DNA of 24,000 bases, from contig CAZNIS010000012.1 in NCBI GenBank assembly GCA_964573105.1, positions 74,095-98,094 of the forward strand, given 5' to 3'. This document shows positions 6,299 through 14,329 of this stretch, in pieces (the stretch's first letter is position 1; each line of letters starts with the position of its first letter). Origin of the DNA: an uncultured Granulosicoccaceae bacterium (GTDB lineage: Bacteria; Pseudomonadota; Gammaproteobacteria; Granulosicoccales; Granulosicoccaceae). Under the pieces are notes generated by a model. It did not search any database, was not told the DNA's origin, and saw only the letters and a program-made list of their open reading frames with translations. Position numbers and translations under genes: made by a program.

Positions 6299-8521
6299 TC
6301 ATTGCGCCACAGATGTTGGCGCATCACTTCCCCACTGACCGTAGTGCAGTGAGCCGTTGTGAATCACGTATAGATCGCCGGCGGCGCCGATGATCGCGCG
6401 ATCGTTGTACAGCGATACGTAGCTCTGATCACCGTTGGCCTGGCTTTCGAAAATCCAGTCCGGCACTTCCTCGAAGCGTGCGGTCTGCTCGTTGACTTCC
6501 ATCGTCAGCAGATTGTTCGATGTCCAGGCCGCACTCGACCAGGGATTGCCTTCGCTGTACAACTCGCCATCGTGCAGCGACATGGGTATCGCCATACGCG
6601 CGTTGCGCGATTCGTTGCCGGCAAGCCAGGCAAATGCATGATGCTGTGACAGTGCTGGCGAGTCGGTGCCGCGCTTGCCAAAAATTCGATCGTCGGCGAC
6701 GACAGGCGTGGTCGGATCAGAGACGTCGAACAACGTGAGTTTCAGCCCCTGATACCAGGCGCCGCGACCATCACCCCAGCCGGCGTTGTCGTCCTCGACA
6801 GCATCTTTGCCCACACCTACCAGCAGGCCATCATTGACCGGGTGCAGGTAATCGGAATACCCGGGCAATTCCAGCTCACCGGCGATATAGGGATCGGCCG
6901 GGTTGGCCAGGTCCAGTACGTAGAGCGGATCGGTCAGTCGAAAGGTCACGAGATAAGCGCGATCCCCGATAAAACGGCTCGCATACAGCTGCTCGCCCTC
7001 TTTGCCTATGTGTGCGGGGCGATTGTCGTTGGGCAGCGTCGCGACGGTGCGCAGATTGCGATTGCCACCTTCGGTCAGAACGGACAGCGTCACCGGCGAA
7101 CCGGATCGGTTTTGATCGAAACTGACGATCCGCAGGTTGCCGTCTTTCTCACTCATGCGAAACGGTTTGCGATCCTGATTCCAGCCCAGGTGTCCCGGCA
7201 CGGTGCTGCTGCCTTTAAATGCAGGGTTGTTGCCTTGCAGACTGAACTTGTGAACGTCGGTGGTGATCTCAGGGGAATAGTCAAAAACGATCGGCCGGCC
7301 TTGGTCATCTTCAGAGAAGTTATACGAGTAACGCGTGGTCGCCAGATAGAGCGACTCGGTCGATACGTACATGGTTTCGGTGTCACCGACAAAGCAGGTG
7401 CTGTCCATCGAAATATCCTGACTATCCAGATCGACGGTGATGATCGAAATCACATCCGGGCTCGGGTAGATCAGATCACCGGGGGCCGGCGATGTACTTG
7501 AAGCCTCACCATCAGTGCCGTCAGCGGTGGTGTCTTCCTGCGGCAGCGCAACACTCGAATAGCACTGGTTGTCAGCGCTGACCAACACGCGATCACCGGT
7601 GACACCGTTTTCGGTCACCTGATAGCCCGGCAGCAGCGCCTCGGGGCTGGCATTCTCGATCACGGTGCGATTGGTTTCGAGCTGGCTTGCCTCATACGGA
7701 TACGCCACCAGACCTTCGGGCTGCGGGTGATAGCGCGTAACCAGAATCAGGCGGTTGCCGATCTTGCGACTGGACACGAGCTGGCCGTCGACGGTCAGCG
7801 TGCGCTGACTCGATACATTGGCGGGATCGGACGCATCAAACCAGGTGACCATTGTCTCAAGGCCCGACCACATGCGCGTGTCGAACCAGTAGCCCCAGAT
7901 ATCGAACGATCGTCGCGACATCATGATCAACTCGCGACTGTCGCCAGCACCGTGCAGGTACATGCCCTCCGGGGTCTGATTGTCCAGCTCGAGCGTGGTG
8001 CGTGACAACACCTCAGAGTTGTCGCCGGCAAGTCGATAGGCGCTCAGCGTATGGCTTTGCGGGGACGGCGCAAAAACGGAATCGGCAAGCACGAGATCGC
8101 CGGTCACTGGCAAGTAATCGGTCGATGCCGTCTCCAGCGAGAACAGCACGTCACCATCAATCTTCACGCGGTCTGCCTCGTCTACGCCAGACTCCTGCAC
8201 GTTAGTACCACTGAAGCGATCGCCACCACCACCGGATTCCGCCGTGCTGCTGCTATCGGCCACCGAGGTCGGCAAGCTATCGATGAAAACGCCATCTACG
8301 CCGCCGCCAAGTCCGGTGCTGGTGTAGTAGTTCAGCATCGATTGCTTGACCAGCGTATCGGCTTGGGCGGCCTCCAGCACGACATCATCGTCAGCCGGGC
8401 CGCCGGTCTGCTGTACCGAACCAGAGCCACCACAGCCGGCCAGCACCGCTGCGGCGGTCAGCGTAATTGCAGCCTGCCAGTGCGTTCTGGCCCGGCTGCT
8501 CACCTGTTTCACTCTTCCCAT
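6299..8521 (-). CDS. Secreted lipoprotein with C-terminal beta-propeller domain (Beta_propel/PF09826-like), function unknown
   Basis: I prefer ATG 8521, with AGGAG (revcomp of 8528-8532) 6 nt upstream, over the ORF-track start 8557. Signal peptide plus lipobox: AAAVLAGC-GGSG. Family-typical strings: FSGTNVQESGVDEADRVKIDGD and RFIGDRAYLVTFRLTDPLYVLDLANPADPYIAGELELPGYSDYLHP. Confidence 0.85.
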   Translation of the reverse strand: MGRVKQVSSRARTHWQAAITLTAAAVLAGCGGSGSVQQTGGPADDDVVLEAAQADTLVKQSMLNYYTSTGLGGGVDGVFIDSLPTSVADSSSTAESGGGGDRFSGTNVQESGVDEADRVKIDGDVLFSLETASTDYLPVTGDLVLADSVFAPSPQSHTLSAYRLAGDNSEVLSRTTLELDNQTPEGMYLHGAGDSRELIMMSRRSFDIWGYWFDTRMWSGLETMVTWFDASDPANVSSQRTLTVDGQLVSSRKIGNRLILVTRYHPQPEGLVAYPYEASQLETNRTVIENASPEALLPGYQVTENGVTGDRVLVSADNQCYSSVALPQEDTTADGTDGEASSTSPAPGDLIYPSPDVISIITVDLDSQDISMDSTCFVGDTETMYVSTESLYLATTRYSYNFSEDDQGRPIVFDYSPEITTDVHKFSLQGNNPAFKGSSTVPGHLGWNQDRKPFRMSEKDGNLRIVSFDQNRSGSPVTLSVLTEGGNRNLRTVATLPNDNRPAHIGKEGEQLYASRFIGDRAYLVTFRLTDPLYVLDLANPADPYIAGELELPGYSDYLHPVNDGLLVGVGKDAVEDDNAGWGDGRGAWYQGLKLTLFDVSDPTTPVVADDRIFGKRGTDSPALSQHHAFAWLAGNESRNARMAIPMSLHDGELYSEGNPWSSAAWTSNNLLTMEVNEQTARFEEVPDWIFESQANGDQSYVSLYNDRAIIGAAGDLYVIHNGSLHYGQWGSDAPTSVAQ

Positions 8522-8619
8522 TGCAAGCTCCTGTATCGTTAAGCTGTTCCCGGCCACCGACCTGAGTCCGATGACGCGAGCCTATGACGCGGCTGTCTAA
8601 TCAGCAGCATCTGTATATT

Positions 8620-8635
8620 TGGGTATTTTTTCCCA
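8620..8635. promoter_or_regulatory. Operator-like inverted repeat TGGG-N8-CCCA, site 1
   Basis: TGGG TATTTTTT CCCA, followed by TAA. Shares the 9-mer TTCCCATAA with site 2. Lies in the AT-rich divergent intergenic region. Confidence 0.4.
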
Positions 8636-8681
8636 TAATATAGCTTAGGTTTTCGCCAATGCAAGCCGAAACTTTACTAAA

Positions 8682-8697
8682 TGGGATTATATTCCCA
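8682..8697. promoter_or_regulatory. Operator-like inverted repeat TGGG-N8-CCCA, site 2 (core of the perfect 18-bp palindrome ATGGGATTATATTCCCAT)
   Basis: ATGGGA TTATAT TCCCAT at 8681-8698 is a perfect palindrome. Its centre is 62 bp from the centre of site 1 (about 6 helical turns). It sits where a -35 element for the TATAAT at 8718 would be. Confidence 0.45.
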
Positions 8698-8717
8698 TAA
8701 AATTTTAACCGTTCGAC

Positions 8718-8723
8718 TATAAT
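8718..8723 (+). promoter_or_regulatory. Consensus -10 box (TATAAT) placed for a leaderless transcript of the HTH gene
   Basis: TATAAT at 8718-8723 and ATG at 8731 leave a 7-nt gap, so the predicted start site is at or next to the ATG. No Shine-Dalgarno sequence precedes the ATG (TACCGCC). No good -35 element seen. Confidence 0.45.
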
Positions 8724-8730
8724 TACCGCC

Positions 8731-9585
8731 ATGAGCGCACTCCACCCTCACCTGCGAATGCTGATGCGCCGGGTCCTGCGACCCGTCGCAAGCCTGCTCA
8801 TGCGCAATGGCATCGCCTTCGCCGACTTTGCAGACGTCGCACGAAAGGTGTTCGTCGAGGTCGCCGAGGATGAATTCGCCATTCCCGGGCGCAAACAGTC
8901 AGTCTCGCGCGTATCAGTGCTGACCGGCATCAACCGCAAAGAGGTCAAGCGCTTGCTGGCCGAGCGAGAAGCACCGGATGCCGAACGAATTGACCAGGCA
9001 ACCACTGCCAGTAGCAATAATCGCGCAGCGCGAGTCATCAGTGCCTGGCTTCGCGAACCGGACTATCAGGATGACAAAGGCAACCCTGCGCTGCTCAGTT
9101 GGGGCAAGAACGAATCAAACGGATTCGAAAGTCTGGTCAAGCATCACAGCGGGGATATTCCGGCGCGCGCCATACTCGATGAACTCAAACGCGTCGGCGC
9201 GGTGAGCATGCCGGACGAATCGACGGTAAAACTGCTGGCCCATGGCTATGTGCCCAGCGCCAGCAACGACGAACTATTGAAAATCTCGGCGCAGAGTGCG
9301 GGTGATCTGCTCGACACCATCGAGCACAATCTGGCTGCCAACGAGCCACTGTCACGCCTGCAGCTCAGCGTTGCCTACGATGATCTGCCAGCCCAATCGG
9401 TCGAGCTCTTCAGGCAACTGAGCACAGAAAAGGGACGCGAGCTACTCGTGTACCTGGATCAGTTTCTGGCCACTCAGGATCGTGGCAGCAATCCGTCGGT
9501 CAAGGGCAGCGGGCGTTACCGCGCCGGGCTTGGCGTGTACTACTTTGAAGAAGATCTTGGCGAGGACCATGCTGATGGCAATTAA
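8731..9585 (+). CDS. Cytoplasmic protein with an N-terminal helix-turn-helix-like segment, uncharacterised family (putative regulator)
   Basis: 284-aa ORF with no signal peptide. The segment QSVSRVSVLTGINRKEVKRLL looks like an HTH. The N-terminal pattern LRPVASLLMRNGIAFADFADVARKVFVEVAEDEFAIPGRKQ resembles conserved hypothetical proteobacterial proteins, but I cannot name the family with certainty. Confidence 0.75.
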   Translation: MSALHPHLRMLMRRVLRPVASLLMRNGIAFADFADVARKVFVEVAEDEFAIPGRKQSVSRVSVLTGINRKEVKRLLAEREAPDAERIDQATTASSNNRAARVISAWLREPDYQDDKGNPALLSWGKNESNGFESLVKHHSGDIPARAILDELKRVGAVSMPDESTVKLLAHGYVPSASNDELLKISAQSAGDLLDTIEHNLAANEPLSRLQLSVAYDDLPAQSVELFRQLSTEKGRELLVYLDQFLATQDRGSNPSVKGSGRYRAGLGVYYFEEDLGEDHADGN

Positions 9586-10951
9586 TCACTGTGGTCGCAG
9601 GTGCGCAGTCTGGGTGCTGGCATTGTTTGCGATCGCGCTGCATAGCTGTTCCGGAGGCATCTCCGGCACCGGCGATGGCGGCCCGATCATCGTGGTCACC
9701 AACACAGACCTCATCGAGTCGAGTTCAACTATCGGCACGGGTGACGGTGGCATCGACGGAACTACCGATGGCACCACCGACGGCACCGCGCAGACAGACA
9801 GCCCCGCTTCGCTAACGCTGCCAGTGCAAATCTACTATGCGTTTCCGGCACCACTGATCGCACTGCCCGACAGCGCAACGCCTGACACCTCGGTGTACGC
9901 TGCACTGCGCGAGCAATTCACCGCAGCGACAGATATTTTATTGGACGCACAAGTCTGGGTAGATCTCGTCAGCGCGCAACTGCCAGACACCACGAGTGCA
10001 TGCTTCGCCGATACCAGCTGCATCAGCAGTCAGCTCAGTACCGGTTATCTCTACTCCGCAGACACGCTGCAGAACGATTTAACGCGCCGGCTGAATTCGA
10101 TCGACCCGCTGTTACCGGAGGATACGCAACTGGCGTTTGAAAACTCGATTCGCGAACAGCTCAATGCCAACCTGAACACCGTGATTGACATTGGCGTCGA
10201 CAACGCCCTGTCTGTCACCGGCGATCAGCACAACATTCGACTGCAGTCAGGTGATGCCACGCTCGATCTGACCTGGCGCCTGGACAATGGGGTCACAGTC
10301 ATTCGTTACACCACACCCGCGATCACCCTGCAGGCCAGGCACCAAACAGATGCCAACCGTTTCACTCTGCGCTTCTACAACAGACAATCCACCTCTGTGC
10401 TCGCAGCTGCTTTTGAATCGGTTGACGGTGGCAGGCTGTTTGAAGGAGATCTGCATCGGGCAGGTAACACGCCTATGCAACATTACTTTCGCGGGTTCAG
10501 TAGCCAGCAGGGTGGTACGCTGATTGCGCGCGATCCAAACCGCGACGCCACACAATCTCTGTCACGCGAGCGGTATTTGTCCAGCGGACAGTTAACTTCA
10601 CAGCAAGTGTGCGATCGTTGCGAGGTGTCGGAGAACTGGCTGGAACAACTCGATAGCGCCACGCCTGATGACGCACAATACGTAGCCTTTGAAGAACGGT
10701 TTGGCGGATTCGAGCAGAGCATTGCCGATGACATCTCGCTGAGCAATCTCGACGCAACCATTGACGAATGGGTAGTCACCAACAACGAAAGTGAGCAGTC
10801 ACCCAATCTCAATGCCGCCTGCCACGGACAACGCGTTGGCGACGCGCTACGTAATATCTGCTGGACGCTCGCGCTCGATCCGGAGCAGGCCCGCACCTAT
10901 CGCGAGCAGCTTCAACCCAATGGCGACTTGAGCTATCAGTTACTTGATTAA
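9569..10951 (+). CDS. Orphan lipoprotein (~460 aa), no recognisable domain
   Basis: In-frame ATGs at 9569 and 9575, with GAGG at 9562-9565, give MLMAINHCGRRCAVWVLALFAIALHSC-SGG (signal peptide plus lipobox-like LHSC). The start overlaps the upstream gene's 3' end by 17 nt. The ORF-track start 9482 would add a non-signal extension inside the upstream gene. Gly/Asp/Thr-rich linker (GTGDGGIDGTTDGTTDGT). Confidence 0.7.
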   Translation: MLMAINHCGRRCAVWVLALFAIALHSCSGGISGTGDGGPIIVVTNTDLIESSSTIGTGDGGIDGTTDGTTDGTAQTDSPASLTLPVQIYYAFPAPLIALPDSATPDTSVYAALREQFTAATDILLDAQVWVDLVSAQLPDTTSACFADTSCISSQLSTGYLYSADTLQNDLTRRLNSIDPLLPEDTQLAFENSIREQLNANLNTVIDIGVDNALSVTGDQHNIRLQSGDATLDLTWRLDNGVTVIRYTTPAITLQARHQTDANRFTLRFYNRQSTSVLAAAFESVDGGRLFEGDLHRAGNTPMQHYFRGFSSQQGGTLIARDPNRDATQSLSRERYLSSGQLTSQQVCDRCEVSENWLEQLDSATPDDAQYVAFEERFGGFEQSIADDISLSNLDATIDEWVVTNNESEQSPNLNAACHGQRVGDALRNICWTLALDPEQARTYREQLQPNGDLSYQLLD

Positions 10952-11005
10952 CAAGTATTGCAAAAGCACCTCAAGCGAAGCGCTGCATCCAGTTAGGTGC
11001 GGACA

Positions 11006-11722
11006 CTACATCGGGCAATAGACTGCACCCAGCATACGTCGCATCGAATTGTCCTGCACCAGTACAGCACAGCCGGTGTTCTCACCGGTTTTTGCTGCGG
11101 CAACGCGCAACGGATCAGCTTCGTCCGGGGACACTTGAGCCACCGGCACAAAGCTGCGCACGACGTGATGATTCTCCATGATCTTGCCCTTGTTTTCACC
11201 GGCAGACACGTCGGTGATCTGGTGGCGATCAAAATGGGCCAGCCAGATTGTCGCCGTCGATCCCAGCTCCCCCACAGAGATTTCCAGTTCGTCGTCGAAG
11301 CGCGTAATCTCGATCGTCAATTCCGGTACATCTTTGTCCAGTGCGCGCTGTACCTCAGCGCGGCGACTGCCCACAGCCGCGGTGGCACCGTTGACGATCA
11401 TCTGCGGCGTATAGACACCGGGACTACCCTGTAGTGACACACTGTTGTACTGACGCTGCCGGGTCGTGAAAGCGGCCTGAGAGAACGGATCTTTCCAGGT
11501 GCCGGCAGACCCATAGACGAGATCGTCCCAGTAGTCGACGTGAAACTCCAGCGCTACCACATCCGGGCGCTGTTCAATGACAGCGGCGAGAAATTCGTCA
11601 GCCGGTGGACAGGAGTAACATCCCTGTGAGGTAAACAACTCTATGACGGGTGCCGCATGGATACGCGCGGCGGGCAGCGAAAGGCAGATGGTCAACAGCA
11701 GTGCAGAGATTTTTGCAGCCAT
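11006..11722 (-). CDS. DUF1223 family secreted thioredoxin-like protein
   Basis: Signal peptide MAAKISALLLTICLSLPAARIHA, then the family-defining ELFTSQGCYSCPPADEFL motif. Length (238 aa) is typical. Confidence 0.85.
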   Translation of the reverse strand: MAAKISALLLTICLSLPAARIHAAPVIELFTSQGCYSCPPADEFLAAVIEQRPDVVALEFHVDYWDDLVYGSAGTWKDPFSQAAFTTRQRQYNSVSLQGSPGVYTPQMIVNGATAAVGSRRAEVQRALDKDVPELTIEITRFDDELEISVGELGSTATIWLAHFDRHQITDVSAGENKGKIMENHHVVRSFVPVAQVSPDEADPLRVAAAKTGENTGCAVLVQDNSMRRMLGAVYCPM

Positions 11723-11807
11723 GGGGCAAGGTCCGTAACGGGTCGATGCACTCTATGACTCGATACGGCGAGATTGGTTTCCAATGCGCCAGCCAGTATG
11801 GCTGGAG

Positions 11808-12605
11808 TCAGTAGCGAAAGTGTTTGATCTGCTCGCCCTTGCTGCCGATTTCCATCATGGCCTCGATACCGATACTCAGGTGAATGTGCGACCAGTCCTG
11901 CGTGACGAGCTTGTCTGAGTGCTCCATCTTGACGCCATCCGGTGTGATCGGCACATCTGACACTAGCAACAGCGCACCGCGTGCGATCTGATTCGCATGC
12001 CCTGCGATGAAAATGGTAGCCGTCTCCATATCGATACCGATGCAGGTCATTTCATGGAGTTTGCGGTGAAATTCGCGATCGTGCTCCCAGACCCGTCGAT
12101 TCGAGGTGTAGATGACTCCGGTACGATATTCATACCCCCGGTCGGCGACTTTATCAGAGACAAACTTATGCAACTTAAAAGACGGCAACGCCGGTACCTT
12201 CGGGTGCAGGTAGTCGTCGCTTGTGCCCTCGCCTCTGATCGCGGCGATCGGCAGAATGAAATTACCAATCTCGGTCGAGGTCTTCAGCCCGCCACATTTT
12301 CCAAGAAACAATACACCGGCCGGATGAATCGCGGTCAGCAGATCCATAACAGTCGCCGCGTTGGCCGAACCGATACCAAAATTGATGATGGTGATGCCCG
12401 CCGAATTGCTGGCCGCCTGCATCGGTCGCCCCTCGCCATGAATCTCGCACTCGAAGCGGGCAGCGAATTGACGAACATAGTCGTAAAAGTTGGTCAGCAG
12501 AATATAGCGACCGAACTTCTCCAGTGGCATACCGGTGTAGCGCGGCAGCCAGTTGGCGGTGATTTCGGCTTTACTTAAGGTTTGTTGATCGTCCTGTAAC
12601 TGCAT
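11808..12605 (-). CDS. AMP nucleosidase-like protein, catalytic (PNP_UDP_1 fold) domain only
   Basis: GGAGG (revcomp of 12616-12620) lies 10 nt before ATG 12605. ILLTNFYDYVRQFA, FGIGSANAATVMDLL, FLGKCGGL, AIRGEGTSDDY and GIDMETATIF resemble the C-terminal half of Amn / nucleoside phosphorylase family I. At 265 aa it lacks the ~200-aa Amn N-terminal regulatory domain. Confidence 0.65.
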   Translation of the reverse strand: MQLQDDQQTLSKAEITANWLPRYTGMPLEKFGRYILLTNFYDYVRQFAARFECEIHGEGRPMQAASNSAGITIINFGIGSANAATVMDLLTAIHPAGVLFLGKCGGLKTSTEIGNFILPIAAIRGEGTSDDYLHPKVPALPSFKLHKFVSDKVADRGYEYRTGVIYTSNRRVWEHDREFHRKLHEMTCIGIDMETATIFIAGHANQIARGALLLVSDVPITPDGVKMEHSDKLVTQDWSHIHLSIGIEAMMEIGSKGEQIKHFRY

Positions 12606-12733
12606 AACTTATCGACCTCCGAATGGATGTCGTGGCTAGTGTACTCCAGCACCGGTTAAAACCAGTAGCGAAAAACCGCGATCAGCATTTGTGATTGAAA
12701 TTCAGCAGCTATCGATACCTGCCAAAACCGTAT

Positions 12734-14251
12734 TCAACGCGGGTTTAATTGTCCGTAGAGTCGTGCAAATCGCACACCCAGTTCACGCAGGCCGACAGCT
12801 GAAAAGTGTGACCCGTCAGTGTCGTCTTCACGCGCGGGCAGATCGGTGGCCTGCACGCAACCACTCAGCGGATCCGCATCGCGGTTCAGTGCCATCAAGT
12901 GGCGATTCACCCCCACTGCACGACGGGTTTCACCACAGATAAACACTGTCCGTCCCGGTGAGGCCCACGGCTCTGAACGAAAGTTTTTTATCAGTGCCTG
13001 CAATTTGATCGGATAGTAATTTCGGTAGTCGGGAGAGCTTGCAGGAATACCACTGGCCAGTGGGTCCGAGGTACCGTGGAACTGCCAGTCGGTCTCGCCC
13101 TGATGCCACAGAATGCCATCAATGGTGTCGCGATGGGGCAGCGCATCGAGTGCCGCCTGCACCTTATCGCTCACCTCGCGATAAAACGGGCCATGGCGAT
13201 CCCAGTGTGATATTCCCTTGCCCGGTGCAGAGGCTACGATAAAGGCCGGCACCCTGCCCGAGCCGGACTGAGCCAGCGCTTTGCCAAAGTGAAACGCGAA
13301 ATTGTTATAGGGACGGCGGTTCGGATTCTCCTTCGAAAAATTTCCCGGATGTCCGTTGCGATCCCATACCTGATGCAGATCTGCCGTTTGCCAGCCGGCA
13401 CTGGTCCAGGCAAAGACGCGCTGATCCGGCTGATCGAGGCCCGGGTCGTAGGCGGTCATCGAACCCAGCACGTTCGATTGCCCGGTCACCAGTATCACGT
13501 CGGTAATGTCGGCGAGCGTCAGCGCTTTTTGCGCTCCAGCGCCGCCGACGGCTTGCGAGACGCTGCGATCGGAGGTGACGAGACAGGTCTTGCCGCGCTG
13601 CCAGCCGATGCCGTCGCCGTCTGGATCCATATCAGCCCGCTCACACACGGCGACGCCCGCATCGCTGGCACACAGCGCGTTATCAACCCAGCCAATCCCG
13701 TCGCGATCCGGGTCCTGGCGTGGCGAGGTACAGCGTCGCAGACCGGGTGCGGTAACGCGAGCAGGCTCCGTCGCCGACGGCGTCACCGGTTTATTGGTGG
13801 TGCGCTGCACCATGCAACTGGCGTTGTTCTCCCAGCCGTAGCCATCGCCGTCCGGATCGCTGTCATCGCGTGTACAAGGCGGGTGCACACCTGTGGTGGC
13901 GGGTGCGGGTTTTTGATCCGCAACAGCGCCAGACGGCATTCGGCAGGAACGATTGTCTTCCCAGCCCCAGCCATCGCCGTCCGGGTCAGAGTTGGTCTGG
14001 CAGGTCGCGTGTGTCGGGGCCGAGTCCGCTGCACCCCCTGCGACAATACACGACGCCTGATTTTCCCAGCCCCAGCCATCGCCATCCGGATCAGAGGCCG
14101 CCGACTGGCAGACTGGGGTGGCGGCAGCGGCCGCCTCGATAAACGGTCCGATAACAAGACCCGCCAGCAAGGCGAGTGCGCTTCGTGAAAGAACGACATT
14201 GGGGATTGGCAAAGCGATTATTCCGATGCGCTGACGGGGACATCCCGTCAC
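12734..14251 (-). CDS. Secreted SASA/SGNH-type esterase (sialate O-acetylesterase-like), paralog 1, with five N-terminal Cys-bracketed DPDGDG repeats
   Basis: The ORF-track start is GTG 14251. An in-frame TTG 13 codons downstream (TTG CCA ATC, nt ~14212) is also possible. Signal peptide ALALLAGLVIGPFIEAAAAA. Esterase domain motifs: VILVTGQSNVLG, ILWHQGETDW, FICGET, DGSHF. Confidence 0.8.
   Translation of the reverse strand: MTGCPRQRIGIIALPIPNVVLSRSALALLAGLVIGPFIEAAAAATPVCQSAASDPDGDGWGWENQASCIVAGGAADSAPTHATCQTNSDPDGDGWGWEDNRSCRMPSGAVADQKPAPATTGVHPPCTRDDSDPDGDGYGWENNASCMVQRTTNKPVTPSATEPARVTAPGLRRCTSPRQDPDRDGIGWVDNALCASDAGVAVCERADMDPDGDGIGWQRGKTCLVTSDRSVSQAVGGAGAQKALTLADITDVILVTGQSNVLGSMTAYDPGLDQPDQRVFAWTSAGWQTADLHQVWDRNGHPGNFSKENPNRRPYNNFAFHFGKALAQSGSGRVPAFIVASAPGKGISHWDRHGPFYREVSDKVQAALDALPHRDTIDGILWHQGETDWQFHGTSDPLASGIPASSPDYRNYYPIKLQALIKNFRSEPWASPGRTVFICGETRRAVGVNRHLMALNRDADPLSGCVQATDLPAREDDTDGSHFSAVGLRELGVRFARLYGQLNPR
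13583..14110 (-). repeat. Five protein-level repeats C-x4-5-DPD[GR]DG-[WYI]-GW-x-[NDR]-x3-C within paralog 1
   Basis: Cys pairs at aa 48/68, 84/103, 126/146, 174/194 and 203/223. Each brackets DPDGDGWGWEN, DPDGDGWGWED, DPDGDGYGWEN, DPDRDGIGWVD or DPDGDGIGWQR. The plus strand shows the recurring CCAGCC..ATCGCC.TCCGGATC pattern near 13600, 13690, 13832, 13962 and 14066. Confidence 0.85.
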
Positions 14252-14307
14252 TCAGAATACCTGACAAATTGCCTGAATTGCTTTGATGCGCCTGAAGGGA
14301 ACTTGAA

Positions 14308-14323
14308 CAACGGTAAACCGTTG
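14308..14323. promoter_or_regulatory. Perfect 7-2-7 palindrome CAACGGT-AA-ACCGTTG in the paralog 2 / paralog 1 spacer
   Basis: Located 6 nt downstream of the paralog 2 stop (14330) and ~57-72 nt upstream of the paralog 1 start. The 2-nt loop is too tight for a normal RNA hairpin, so a dimeric protein-binding site is more likely. Confidence 0.3.
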
Positions 14324-14329
14324 ACCCAA

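Noticed and set aside
8522-8557. Upstream start (8557) for the beta-propeller gene, and upstream start (9482) for the orphan lipoprotein
   Set aside because: The extensions add non-signal residues before good signal peptides. Internal ATGs at 8521 (AGGAG upstream) and at 9569/9575 (GAGG upstream) give canonical lipoprotein precursors.
11773-11805. Two small adjacent hairpins (ATTGG-TTT-CCAAT and CCAGCCA-GTA-TGGCTGG) after the AMP-nucleosidase-like gene
   Set aside because: The stems are short (5 and 7 bp), the loops tiny, and no U-tract follows on the minus strand. This is too weak to call a terminator.
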